Below, piece by piece: positions 10,857 to 20,626 of a stretch of DNA of 61,148 bases; the stretch's first letter is position 1, and the number at the start of each line of letters is the position of its first letter. The translations under genes and the position numbers were made by a program. Source of the DNA: an uncultured candidate division Zixibacteria bacterium (lineage in GTDB: Bacteria; Zixibacteria; MSB-5A5; UBA10806); assembly GCA_963817915.1 (NCBI GenBank), contig CAWFQL010000007.1, positions 1 through 61,148 on the forward strand, in the 5' to 3' direction. The notes beneath the pieces are model-generated. The model searched no databases. It worked only from the letters and a program-made list of their open reading frames with translations, and had not been told where the DNA came from.

Positions 10857-11658
10857 TATAGAAAAAGTTACGACACGAATATTTTCGAAAATGAAAAGAG
10901 AGGGCCATAAAATCTCTGTTTTGACCGCGTACGATTATCCCACAGCCAAAATCCTCGATGGCGCCGGAATAGATTGTATATTGGTCGGAGATTCTGCCGG
11001 AGTAGTTGTGTCGGGCCATGAAAGCACTTTGCCGATTACAATGGATGACATGATTTATCTTACCCGCAATGTTACCCGCGCCGTGAAACGGGCGCTGGTG
11101 GTCGGGGATATGCCATTTACGAGCTTTCAGGTTTCCGAGGCTGAAGCGATGCGCAACGCCGGACGTTTCCTGAAGGAAGGGCGAGCCAACGCAGTCAAAC
11201 TCGAAGGCGGAACGGAGATTGCGCCGCTGATTCATCGCATGGTGGATTTTGGCATACCCGTTATGGGCCATATAGGTTTGACTCCTCAAGCGATAAATAA
11301 ATTCGGCGGCTATATTGTGATGGGCAGGACTGAGAAACAGGTAAATTATATGATGCAATCAGCCAGAGCGTTGCAGGATGCCGGATGTTTTGCGATTGTG
11401 CTTGAGTCGGTATTGCCCGAGGTCTCTAAAATGATCAGCCAATCGATCAAGATACCGACTATCGGAATCGGCGCCGGACCTCATTGCGACGGACAGGTAT
11501 TAGTAATTTCAGATATGATCGGTCTTTATGAGGATTTCAAGCCGAAGTATGTCCGCCGCTACGCCAATATCGCAGATACTATCCGCAAGGCGACGAAGGA
11601 TTTTGTCTCCGATGTCCAAAAAGGCTCCTTCCCCAATAAAGATGAGAGCTACGAGTAA
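10849..11658 (+). CDS. panB: 3-methyl-2-oxobutanoate hydroxymethyltransferase
   Basis: LTAYD, LVGDS, DMPF, VKLEGG, GHIGLTPQ and TIGIGAG..CDGQVLV. Confidence 0.98.
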   Translation: MSNIEKVTTRIFSKMKREGHKISVLTAYDYPTAKILDGAGIDCILVGDSAGVVVSGHESTLPITMDDMIYLTRNVTRAVKRALVVGDMPFTSFQVSEAEAMRNAGRFLKEGRANAVKLEGGTEIAPLIHRMVDFGIPVMGHIGLTPQAINKFGGYIVMGRTEKQVNYMMQSARALQDAGCFAIVLESVLPEVSKMISQSIKIPTIGIGAGPHCDGQVLVISDMIGLYEDFKPKYVRRYANIADTIRKATKDFVSDVQKGSFPNKDESYE

Positions 11659-11685
11659 GAAATTGCGTTAGTGAAAATCAGATCT

Positions 11686-12541
11686 ATGCCCCTTCTAATA
11701 ATAAAAACCCCTCATAAGCTGCAAGCTCTGGCGGAATCATTACGCCGGGATGGCAAAGTCATTGGGCTTGTACCCACAATGGGTGCATTGCATAACGGCC
11801 ATTTGAAACTGGTTGAAATTGCCCGAAAGAGAGCCGATATCGTAATCGTTTCGATTTTCGTGAATCCAACACAATTTGGGCCGAATGAGGATTTCAGCAA
11901 ATATCCAAGGGCATTCAAGGCCGATTGCGATAAGATTGAAAAAGCGGGGGCCGGTATCGTCTTTCATCCATCGGTCGATGATATGTATCCATCCGATTTT
12001 TCCACCTATATTAATGTTGAAAAGATGACTGATATCCTGGAGGGCGCACGCAGGCCGGGGCATTTCAAGGGAGTCGCAACAATCTGCGCCAAGCTTTTCA
12101 ATATTGCGAAACCCCATTTTGCGGTTTTCGGCCAGAAGGATGGCCAGCAACTGGCCGTGATTAAAAGGATGGTCAAAGACCTCAATTTCGATATGGAAAT
12201 AATCAAGGCGCCGATTGCCCGCACTAAGGATGGTATCGCCATGTCATCCCGCCATTCTTATCTGAACCGGGATCAGCTTGTAAAGGCAACGATAATTAAA
12301 AAATCATTGGATCTGGCGGCTTATATGGTCAAAAATGGCGTAATCGATTCCAAAATAATCGAATCCAAAATGAGAGAGCTGATAAAAACCGTACCTGAGA
12401 CTAAAATTGACTATATCTCGTTCAATCGTTGGGATAATCTTGGAGACATTGAAAAATTTATCGGGCGAGGTTATGATATCATTGGTCGTGATTATCGGCG
12501 GCGTAAGATTGCTGGATAATATAATTATCAAAGTAAAGTAG
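11686..12541 (+). CDS. panC: pantoate--beta-alanine ligase (frameshift near 12458)
   Basis: VPTMGALHNGH, FVNPTQF, RPGHFKGV, FGQKD and AMSSR. A shifted frame gives the C-terminal GVRLLDNII. Confidence 0.96.
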
Positions 12542-12654
12542 TATTCACCATTATTTTCTAGGACTATATTAAGCCAGGAGTGAACTCATCAGATGGTTTA
12601 ATGGCATTTCCATACCTGAAAATGAAAGATGGATGCCGCATCAGCTGCCGTGCA

Positions 12655-12742
12655 GTCCGGCCGCTGCCGGACGGAGCAATCTGAAGGACGCTACCCACAG
12701 ATTGCTTCGTCGTCCGTCAAATGCCGGACTCCTCGCAATGAC
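12655..12742. repeat. intergenic palindromic repeat (AGATTGCTTCG...CTCGCAATGAC family)
   Basis: GAGCAATCT...AGATTGCTTC inverted arms, each carrying a GTCCG..CGGAC hairpin. Confidence 0.55.
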
Positions 12743-12794
12743 CATTATTGCGAAATTTCGAGCAAGATTCGTCTACAAAACTGCTTCAAAAAAT

Positions 12795-12824
12795 AAAAAA
12801 GGCAGATCCGTAAACCTGCCTTTT
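12795..12824. terminator. bidirectional intrinsic terminator between panC and the GNAT gene
   Basis: AAAAAAGGCAG-atccgtaaac-CTGCCTTTT. Confidence 0.7.
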
Positions 12825-12842
12825 GAAATATTGGGTATCAAC

Positions 12843-13565
12843 TTATTTCAGTTTTTTGGCCATGACGGCTTCCATATAGGCTGGCGAGCCTTTTGGCTGT
12901 TGTCGTTGGTAAACCTCGCGAAGGGCATATCCGCCGCGTTCCCAGTAATTGACAATGCCATGTTCCATTACTGTGCGGAGCAGCATGTAATCATGCTTTC
13001 CTTCTTTGCGGCAGAATTCTTCGAGTTCATGAAGTACTGCGCGGGCAACACCGAGATGGCGATATGCCGGCAAAACACTTAGATTGGAAAGCTCGTAATA
13101 AGGCTTTTCTTCCGATAAATTTTTGTGCTGACTGGCGGAATCCAATTGCACCGCCCCGATGACTTTGCCCATCTGTAATGCCACAAAAAACCTGCTCCCA
13201 TTTTCAATCATCAAACCGATATCTTCGGAATTTATCGGCGGCACCGGAAATGGCGACAGGCCTCTCAGCGGTGTATTGTTGCGATTGGCCTCGCGCATGA
13301 TATAGGCGATATTGGCCAGATCGCTATTATCCGCGGGTTCCATTATCGTCGTGGGCATCAGGTAACGGCGTAGATTAGCGCCGCGTAAATCGCGAGGGTA
13401 TTTATCGCCATCGATTTTTTGGACTTCATCAAGAAATGGCATTCCATCGAGATGGATTGTCCAATCTTCACTGTTCATCATGGAATCGGCGATTTTTTGA
13501 AGACGCCATTCCTGGCCTTCCCATCGTTTCTGCAGAGCTTCGATTCTCTTATGATCCAATAGCAT
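12843..13565 (-). CDS. GNAT family N-acetyltransferase with an N-terminal extension
   Basis: LSVLPAYRHLGVARAVL acetyl-CoA motif, YWERGGY and a GGAGG RBS. Confidence 0.85.
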   Translation of the reverse strand: MLLDHKRIEALQKRWEGQEWRLQKIADSMMNSEDWTIHLDGMPFLDEVQKIDGDKYPRDLRGANLRRYLMPTTIMEPADNSDLANIAYIMREANRNNTPLRGLSPFPVPPINSEDIGLMIENGSRFFVALQMGKVIGAVQLDSASQHKNLSEEKPYYELSNLSVLPAYRHLGVARAVLHELEEFCRKEGKHDYMLLRTVMEHGIVNYWERGGYALREVYQRQQPKGSPAYMEAVMAKKLK

Positions 13566-13707
13566 TCAGCATTCCTCCTTCTTCTCATCATCAAATAAGA
13601 CCATTCAAATATAGGAACTGTATTTCCGCTTGGCAACTGAATTATCGTTTGAATGTAATACATTAATTATAAAGCAATAATGATTCTTGATAAAGAAACC
13701 TGATATT

Positions 13708-13736
13708 AAAAAAGGCGCCGCATTGGATGCGACGCC
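13708..13736 (-). terminator. intrinsic terminator of the 31-aa gene
   Basis: Minus strand GGCGTCGCAT-cca-ATGCGGCGCC-TTTTTT. Confidence 0.8.
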
Positions 13737-13762
13737 ATCATATTAAATCCTGAACTACCGAT

Positions 13763-13858
13763 TTAGTGCTTGGTAGTGCGTTTGCGAGTCTTGTTCCAGC
13801 TAGTGGACTTCTTTGTTGTCCTGTAGCTTTTCTTTGTGCGAGATGTCTTCTTTTGCAT
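13763..13858 (-). CDS. 31-aa highly basic microprotein MQKKTSRTKKSYRTTKKSTSWNKTRKRTTKH (not in the ORF track)
   Basis: TAAGGAGG RBS 4 nt before the ATG, an open frame to TAA and its own terminator. Confidence 0.75.
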   Translation of the reverse strand: MQKKTSRTKKSYRTTKKSTSWNKTRKRTTKH

Positions 13859-13972
13859 GCTTCCTCCTTAGTATTTTGAAGCTATTATTTTATCGTCCAT
13901 ATAAATACTTTATAAACTTGCCTAGTAATTTTTCCCAACGTTATCGAAACCGGTTTTTCAAAATTGAACAAT

Positions 13973-13997
13973 AAAAAAAAGGGCCTTTGGGGCCCTT
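13973..13997 (-). terminator. intrinsic terminator of the 33-aa gene
   Basis: Minus strand AAGGGCC-ccaaa-GGCCC followed by a run of T. Confidence 0.8.
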
Positions 13998-14019
13998 ATT
14001 TTAAATTCGCGAAGCTATT

Positions 14020-14121
14020 TTAGTGCTTGTGCGAATAGCAGTATTTGGAGCGACCCCAAGTGGAGTTTTTGCAACGCTTGTTGTCTTTCGTCCATCCTGC
14101 GCAACGTGTTTTCTGTGCCAT
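14020..14121 (-). CDS. 33-aa basic CCCH zinc-finger-like microprotein MAQKTRCAGWTKDNKRCKNSTWGRSKYCYSHKH (not in the ORF track)
   Basis: AAGGAGG RBS 5 nt before the ATG, a C-x9-C-x10-C-x2-H pattern and its own terminator. Confidence 0.8.
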   Translation of the reverse strand: MAQKTRCAGWTKDNKRCKNSTWGRSKYCYSHKH

Positions 14122-14325
14122 TAAATCCTCCTTTTAAGGTGTAATCATTATTATCTATCGGGTCTATCATATCTATATTCACTTTCAATTCGAGAACGTT
14201 CAATGCCTGTGTTTATTTTTGTAACGAGGATTTTAATACGAGAAACGAGGTCAGGCCGACCATAAGCATCATTGAATAAAGCAATGTCGCTTTAATATGA
14301 TATGAAATTTGAAATGGAGAAATTT

Positions 14326-15306
14326 TTAAACAGTAATAAGCTTCGGCTTGTTTTCGAGTTTCGGTCCCATGATATTTATCATCGAGGCCACTATCTCGGG
14401 ATCGAATTTATGCGACTCCGATTTGATCATTGCCAATGCGTCATAAGATGTAATCGCCTTTTTGTACGGCCTGTTGGTTGTGACCGCGTCGAATACGTCG
14501 GCCACTGCCACTATTCGTCCGAAAAGATGAATATCCCTTAAGCCGCGCGGATAACCCTCGCCCGACAACCTTTCATGATGCTGAATCACAGCGGGATAGG
14601 CACCGAATGGGACCGATGGCGATTCACGCATTATCTGCAGCCCGAAGACAACATGATGTTTGATAATTTCATATTCGGGATCGGACAATGGCCCGTTCTT
14701 ATTGAGAATCGATTCGGGGACTTTCGATTTGCCGATGTCATGCAATAACGCCCCAATGGTCAGTTCAAACAGGCCGTTATTGGGATTCAATCCCATGCTC
14801 CTGCCCAATGCCAGGCTGTAGGTAGCTACATTAACACAATGGGTATGCGTATAATAATCTTCCGGAAGGATTTCTATAATGTGCTTGTAAGAATCCTTGT
14901 TGTGGCTCGCGAATGTTATGATGCTATCTAAAACCGCGCTGGCTCTGCGAATCGTATCGCTCGAAGTCGGGTCGAAAAAAAGCTGTTTGGCCAAATTGGT
15001 GGCGGCATCGTAAACAAGCGTAGCCTTTTCTCTTGGCAGAACATTTTCATCATTTATGATATGATCAAGATTTTGTTCTATATATTGGTAAAATTGAGCC
15101 TCATCGCCGGATCGAAAATAAAGATATTTGACATCGTTTTCTAATAATGATGTCAAGATCTTATCCGTAAATGGCAAAGCGCGACTTCTATATAATATAG
15201 GCCCCCTTGGCCCCATGAGATAAAGATCGAAGCCCGGTATCGACTCAAGTCTCATTACTTCCAGGCTGATTGCCGAATACCCTGAAGATGTTACTAGTCT
15301 GCCCAT
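14326..15306 (-). CDS. HD-GYP domain cyclic-di-GMP phosphodiesterase
   Basis: HCVNV, LLHDIGK, HHERLSGEGYPRGL and ADVFDAVTTNRPY. Confidence 0.93.
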   Translation of the reverse strand: MGRLVTSSGYSAISLEVMRLESIPGFDLYLMGPRGPILYRSRALPFTDKILTSLLENDVKYLYFRSGDEAQFYQYIEQNLDHIINDENVLPREKATLVYDAATNLAKQLFFDPTSSDTIRRASAVLDSIITFASHNKDSYKHIIEILPEDYYTHTHCVNVATYSLALGRSMGLNPNNGLFELTIGALLHDIGKSKVPESILNKNGPLSDPEYEIIKHHVVFGLQIMRESPSVPFGAYPAVIQHHERLSGEGYPRGLRDIHLFGRIVAVADVFDAVTTNRPYKKAITSYDALAMIKSESHKFDPEIVASMINIMGPKLENKPKLITV

Positions 15307-15314
15307 TGCTTATT

Positions 15315-15341
15315 TGTTCGGCCAATAAACGCCATCATTTA
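15315..15341 (-). promoter_or_regulatory. sigma28/FliA-like promoter of the HD-GYP gene
   Basis: Minus strand TAAA-N15-GCCGAACA versus consensus TAAA-N15-GCCGATAA. Confidence 0.5.
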
Positions 15342-15416
15342 GCATTAAGAAAATACCCACGGTTCAAATGACGACCGCGCCATATATGTTTTTATTCTGT
15401 AAACCAAGGCAATCCT

Positions 15417-15444
15417 TTGACTTGTAATCCCCAATGTTTATATT
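15417..15444 (+). promoter_or_regulatory. sigma70 promoter, probably leaderless tatD transcript
   Basis: TTGACT-N16-TATATT, 6 nt before ATG 15451, with no SD. Confidence 0.55.
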
Positions 15445-15450
15445 CATCAT

Positions 15451-16827
15451 ATGATTGACTCTCACGCCCACTTGGATTTCTCCCAATTTGATTCGGATCG
15501 AAACATAGTTATTCATAAAGCATTCGAGAGTGGGATCAAAGCCATAGTCAATATTGGTACCGATTTGGCGACTTCGATAAGCACTGTCGAATTGGCGTCA
15601 CGATACGAAAATATTTATGCGTCAATAGGAGTCCATCCTCATGATTCTCAAAATTGCCCCAATGATTATATCCAACAAATCGAAAAAATGGCCGCTGAAG
15701 CCGCCGGAAAGAAGATTGTGGCAATCGGCGAAATCGGCCTGGATTACTATCGCGACCTCTCCCCCCGCGATATTCAGAGAAAGGTTTTTCGAGAGCAGAT
15801 CGATCTGGCATTGAAATTGAAATTACCGATAGTAGCGCATATTAGAGAGGCTATGGACGATGCCCTTAAGATATTGGAGGAATCGGGCATCAAGCGAGGC
15901 GTGCTGCACTCATTCCCCGGAAATATCGATGAAGCGGCTCAGGCAATTAATATGGGATTTCATATTTCATTTGCGGGTCCAATAACATATCCGAAGTCGA
16001 CAAGGGCGTCAGTTGCCGCCTCGATACCACTTTCGAGAATTTTGACAGAAACCGATTGCCCTTATCTTTCCCCACAGGTTTCGAGAGGTAAGCGAAACAG
16101 CCCTGATAATGTCAGATTTGTAGTTGAAAAATTGGCCGAACTATTTTCGCCTTATACATTCGATGATATAGACCGTATCACATCTTTGAACGCTCAAAAG
16201 CTCTTTGGCTTTTCACTCGAAGCTGTTCCCAAAATTATCTATAAGATTCGCAGATCGCTATATATCAATCTTACCAATCGATGCAGTTGCAATTGCTATT
16301 TTTGCCCGAGAATCGGCAAGGGACGCGGATATGTCGCCGGACATTATCTTCTATTGAAAAAAGAGCCGACTATAAAAGAGGTGCTTGATGCCATTAAAAA
16401 TGAGCATGATTTCAATGAAGTTGTCTTTTGCGGGCTGGGAGAACCTACGATAAGATTAGCAGAAATGCTTGAGATTGCGTCGAAATTAAAAAAGGCCGGG
16501 CACTTCGTGAGATTAGACACCAACGGTCATGGAAGTCTTATAAATAAAATCGATATCGTTCCTAAATTAAAGGGATTAATAGACAAAGTTTCGGTTAGCC
16601 TTAATGCCGCCGACGCGGATACCTATATAAAACTGAATAAGCCGGATCGCGGAGAAGAAGCTTACCATGCATTGCTGAAATTCATAAAGGATTGTGTCGC
16701 AAACGGCATCTCGGCTGACGCTTCGGTAGTAGAATTACCGCAGGTCAATCTCGATGATTGCAGGAAATTGGCCGGCCAGCTTGGTGCCGGATTCAGGATA
16801 AGGAAATATTCGAAAGGTGATAATTAG
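15451..16827 (+). CDS. TatD-family hydrolase fused to a TatD-associated radical SAM domain
   Basis: DSHAH, GVHPH, GEIGLDY and ETDCPYL, then LYINLTNRCSCNCYFCPR (CxxxCxxC) and VVFCGLGEPT. Confidence 0.93.
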   Translation: MIDSHAHLDFSQFDSDRNIVIHKAFESGIKAIVNIGTDLATSISTVELASRYENIYASIGVHPHDSQNCPNDYIQQIEKMAAEAAGKKIVAIGEIGLDYYRDLSPRDIQRKVFREQIDLALKLKLPIVAHIREAMDDALKILEESGIKRGVLHSFPGNIDEAAQAINMGFHISFAGPITYPKSTRASVAASIPLSRILTETDCPYLSPQVSRGKRNSPDNVRFVVEKLAELFSPYTFDDIDRITSLNAQKLFGFSLEAVPKIIYKIRRSLYINLTNRCSCNCYFCPRIGKGRGYVAGHYLLLKKEPTIKEVLDAIKNEHDFNEVVFCGLGEPTIRLAEMLEIASKLKKAGHFVRLDTNGHGSLINKIDIVPKLKGLIDKVSVSLNAADADTYIKLNKPDRGEEAYHALLKFIKDCVANGISADASVVELPQVNLDDCRKLAGQLGAGFRIRKYSKGDN

Positions 16828-16832
16828 TTAAA

Positions 16833-17630
16833 ATGGATTTTACGGCAAAGAAAAGGTTCGGGCAGAATTTCCTGATCGACTCATCCAAGGCGGATGAGCT
16901 GGTGGATTCGCTGAATATAAAAAAGGGCGAAACAGTTATTGAAATAGGCCCGGGCAAGGGAACTCTAACGGAGAGAATACTTTCAAGGGGGGCCAGGCTC
17001 ATAGCGGTGGAGTTAGACCGAGAATTGGCGCCATTCTTGAATAATAAATTCGGACAGAACGGCAATTTCAGCCTGATCGAAAGCGATATTATTAGAGTCG
17101 ATCCCAGGGAGATAACCGACCATCCGGTAAAGATAATAGGAAATTTGCCATACAACATCAGCGGAGCCATAATCGAATGGTTGATCAGCTACTATAAATA
17201 CACAAACTTGGCCGTCATAACGGTGCAGGCCGAGGTTGCAGACAGGCTAAAGGCCAATATCAATTGCCGGGATTATGGAGCGCTGACGATATTAATTCAA
17301 TCGTATTATGATCTTACAAAGCTTTTCGATATTCCGCCTGGCTGCTTTTCCCCAAAACCGAAAGTGCTTTCCACTGCTTTGAAATTAGTGCCTAATCTCA
17401 AAATCAGCGAAGATATCGAATATCATGGCTTCAGAAAATTTATCAGAGCCTGTTTTTCGCAGAAACGAAAAATACTGATCAATTCGCTTTCTGCATCTAC
17501 GATAATCTCAAAAATCGAAGCCGAAAAATTATTGGTTTCAATGGATAAAAAGACCGATATTAGAGCAGAGCAAATGACATTGCAAGAGTTGGTGAAATTA
17601 TATAGATTGGTCAATGAAAAGAATGGGTAG
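16833..17630 (+). CDS. rsmA: 16S rRNA m6,2A dimethyltransferase
   Basis: KKRFGQNFL, EIGPGKG, GNLPYNIS, FSPKPKV and QKRK motifs. Confidence 0.96.
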   Translation: MDFTAKKRFGQNFLIDSSKADELVDSLNIKKGETVIEIGPGKGTLTERILSRGARLIAVELDRELAPFLNNKFGQNGNFSLIESDIIRVDPREITDHPVKIIGNLPYNISGAIIEWLISYYKYTNLAVITVQAEVADRLKANINCRDYGALTILIQSYYDLTKLFDIPPGCFSPKPKVLSTALKLVPNLKISEDIEYHGFRKFIRACFSQKRKILINSLSASTIISKIEAEKLLVSMDKKTDIRAEQMTLQELVKLYRLVNEKNG

Positions 17631-19440
17631 TCTGGTTAAGATAGTCCTTATTATTGCATCGATCACCACGATATTATCCGGCTATTGTCTGGCAGGCATT
17701 CGAACCGATTTCAACTATAATAATCAGACGTACAATTGGTCCACCATGTATGGGCAACTCGTAAATCGTAAAAATTTCTATTTTCAAACATCATTTGTCG
17801 GTGTCTCTAATTTGATCAAGATAAACGGCAACCGTTGGCAGGAAAATGCCACGGCAGGACTTGATTCGAGAATATCACTTTCAGAACGATTTAAAATTAT
17901 CGCTGGGGGCGAATATACTGTTAACGGGCTTGATAAACGGCGCGTGAGATCATCAAATCTCGATCTGGGATTATCCTATAGCCCGGTAAAATATATTGAA
18001 ATTCAGCCGGTTGTAAAAGTGGTTAACAAGCGAAGGGTCGACACCGGGAGCAAGCGGGTCGACCAGGGTATCGGGTATAGCATAAAGGGTTTGCTGAATC
18101 CATTCAGCGGGAGCGGCTTCGATATTTCATCATCGATATCCTATGACAAGACAAATCTAACCAATATTCCCTCCCAAGAAGGAATCGGTATATTTTCAGC
18201 TAAGAAGGCGTTCGGCGCCAGCGATTCGCTGCAACTTTCATTAAGGGGCCTGGAATCAACCAAGAAATACTATAATATGGTCGGAGATCAAACCAATATT
18301 ACAAAGCAGATCAAACGTGAGCGCGAAGCGGCCGTTGCGGTAATTAAAGCGCTGCCATTGGATTTGAAATTAACATTCGATGGTAATGCTCACCTTTCGA
18401 GTTATTTATATCGATCCGATATAGGGGAATTAGTCTCTCAATCGCAACGGGATAATTACGGCATGGGCGGCGGTTACCGCGGCGGACTATCGTGGAATAT
18501 CGACGGAACCGCCGAAACAATTATCGGTTATGCCTGGAATAGATCAAAGCAGGATTACCAGGGCACCAAATTAGACCTGAACACGGAGGTCGGCGAGCTT
18601 TCATTTTCAGGGAAATTAACTTTATCATCGAAGGATTCCGTAAGCGCCGATATGTTTTTCGGAGTTACTTCATATTCGAATCCCAATAGCGAAGCAAACA
18701 ATTTTGATCGCGACCAGAAGAGTATAGTCGTCAATGGCAGGTTCAACCATGTATTCAGCAAATACTTCAATGCCGGATTGACCGGCGGCGGCAATAGCTT
18801 TCACCAGATATATGTCTCCGGGGCCGAATCAGCTAATAATAATCGCAATGACACTTATTCACTCACGCCATATTTTTTATGGAGGCCCTACGATAAATTT
18901 TTCCTCAATCAGTCTTTCGATATTCAGGCGAATTATATTACTTTCGATTTCGACAGAAAAACAATTGGCACGAGAAACAGAATTTTCCGGCGGGCGACTA
19001 CGACTACAGAAATGACGGTATTGATTTCCGACAATCTTACCTGGGTTCAGAGCTATGCCTATCGATATGAGGACTATGGCCAATTGATCTGGAGCGATGG
19101 ATGGCAGCAGGCAGTTGGCTGGGACAGGAGACGTCACAGCATAGATACAAAATTTGATTATTCGCCAAATAAAATATTTAGAATTATTCCATATTTCGAA
19201 TGGGAAAAGACGGGCGACTATGATCACACGGCAGTTATTAAACCCGATATAAAAACGCCCATCGAGATAAGAAATTTGAGCGAACAACAGGTAAAACAGA
19301 TTTTCGAAATAAAATTGCTTTTTAAATGGCACGAGAACAGCAGCCTGAGCGCCGATTTTATTCATAGAATAAGAACATTCAAGAATCGTCCGCATGAGAT
19401 AACCGATTATGTGACCTTATCGATGGAGTATCTATTTTGA
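17614..19440 (+). CDS. hypothetical outer-membrane beta-barrel protein
   Basis: Signal peptide, amphipathic beta-strand pattern rich in aromatics, C-terminal MEYLF. Confidence 0.65.
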   Translation: MKRMGSLVKIVLIIASITTILSGYCLAGIRTDFNYNNQTYNWSTMYGQLVNRKNFYFQTSFVGVSNLIKINGNRWQENATAGLDSRISLSERFKIIAGGEYTVNGLDKRRVRSSNLDLGLSYSPVKYIEIQPVVKVVNKRRVDTGSKRVDQGIGYSIKGLLNPFSGSGFDISSSISYDKTNLTNIPSQEGIGIFSAKKAFGASDSLQLSLRGLESTKKYYNMVGDQTNITKQIKREREAAVAVIKALPLDLKLTFDGNAHLSSYLYRSDIGELVSQSQRDNYGMGGGYRGGLSWNIDGTAETIIGYAWNRSKQDYQGTKLDLNTEVGELSFSGKLTLSSKDSVSADMFFGVTSYSNPNSEANNFDRDQKSIVVNGRFNHVFSKYFNAGLTGGGNSFHQIYVSGAESANNNRNDTYSLTPYFLWRPYDKFFLNQSFDIQANYITFDFDRKTIGTRNRIFRRATTTTEMTVLISDNLTWVQSYAYRYEDYGQLIWSDGWQQAVGWDRRRHSIDTKFDYSPNKIFRIIPYFEWEKTGDYDHTAVIKPDIKTPIEIRNLSEQQVKQIFEIKLLFKWHENSSLSADFIHRIRTFKNRPHEITDYVTLSMEYLF

Positions 19441-20042
19441 AGATCCTTTCAGCTGTAATTTCGGTATTTATGATTCTGTTATCGGGATGCGCCAAAGATC
19501 CGTTTTCCACCAGGCATTCGCAGGCGCCCTACGGCGCGACGGGAACATGGGATACGCCGCAAACTCCGGATATTGTTATCAAGAATCTGACCAATGCCTA
19601 CAATGAAATGATTTTGGCAAACTATCAGCTTTGTTTTTCGGATTCATTCAGATTTTCCGCTCCCGAGGATTCGATCGATGCTGTCAATAACGGCCACGGA
19701 GAGCTCTTTAGCAATTGGAATAAGCAAACAGAATTGGCAGTTACTAATAATATAATTTCAACATTCAAGAATAATGATTCGACGAGCTTTTTGCTTTTCG
19801 TAAATCCGGTGCCAGGGGTGAACGACCTTATTGGAGATTCGTTAGCTACTTTATATAGGAATTATACACTTGTATTAACTGTCAGACATTCGGGCTCGAC
19901 GGACACGACCAAGGCAGAAGGCCGGGCAAAATTCGATCTCGTGCAAGAACAGCTCAATTGGTGGACAATTAATTTCTGGGGAGATATTCCCATACAGGCA
20001 GGAAGCTACGACTGGGGCGATTTTAAGGCGAGTTACCGATGA
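19437..20042 (+). CDS. hypothetical lipoprotein (NTF2/SnoaL-like fold suspected)
   Basis: Lipobox LLSGC, overlapping the previous stop, and paralogous to the next gene. Confidence 0.75.
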   Translation: MKILSAVISVFMILLSGCAKDPFSTRHSQAPYGATGTWDTPQTPDIVIKNLTNAYNEMILANYQLCFSDSFRFSAPEDSIDAVNNGHGELFSNWNKQTELAVTNNIISTFKNNDSTSFLLFVNPVPGVNDLIGDSLATLYRNYTLVLTVRHSGSTDTTKAEGRAKFDLVQEQLNWWTINFWGDIPIQAGSYDWGDFKASYR

Positions 20043-20623
20043 CGAAAAAAGACAAATTATCAATAATGGCCGTTATCGCTTTAATGACGTTACTGGGCTG
20101 CTCGAATCCATTTGCGCCGCCAAAGGCCTCGCCGGGATTATTAGCGCCAATAATGGCCCAGAATTGCGCCGAATGCTCCGATTCCTCGAATGCGTATGCC
20201 GTGATCTCAAATTTTAAATATGCCTATGAAAATCGGGATATCGATATTTATGAAAATTGCCTCGATGCCAATTTTATTTTTTCATACATTGACCAGGATC
20301 GCGAGGGGCAGATCGAGACAGTGGAAATCCCGCGCAACGGAGATTCTGGGGATATCAATAGAACTCAACGGCTTTTCGCGGCGTTCAGCGAAATTCGGCT
20401 CGATACCTGGTCGCCAAACCGCCTCGATCCGGAGAGATCCCCCGATAACAGCGAGACCTGGGAAGTATGGCTGGTGACATTTTATCTATCATTGAGAGAT
20501 GTACAAGGAACCTATAATTATCAGCAATTCGAAGCCAACGGATTAGCGCTATTTAAGATACGAAAATCATCCGATGGCTACTGGAGAATTGTGCTCTGGG
20601 AAGACCATTCATTTACACGTTAA
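20039..20623 (+). CDS. hypothetical lipoprotein (paralog of the previous gene)
   Basis: Lipobox LLGC. VISNFKYAYENRDIDIYENCLDANFIF aligns with VIKNLTNAYNEMILANYQLCFSDSFRF; both end W.I..W.D. Confidence 0.75.
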   Translation: MTKKDKLSIMAVIALMTLLGCSNPFAPPKASPGLLAPIMAQNCAECSDSSNAYAVISNFKYAYENRDIDIYENCLDANFIFSYIDQDREGQIETVEIPRNGDSGDINRTQRLFAAFSEIRLDTWSPNRLDPERSPDNSETWEVWLVTFYLSLRDVQGTYNYQQFEANGLALFKIRKSSDGYWRIVLWEDHSFTR

Positions 20624-20626
20624 ACA

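Noticed and set aside
12633..13082. 149-aa plus-strand ORF
   Set aside because: It consists of translated palindromic repeat, terminator and the antisense of the GNAT gene.
14015..14203. 62-aa ORF in the supplied track
   Set aside because: The AAGGAGG RBS lies inside it and points to ATG 14121 in another frame, which gives the CCCH peptide.
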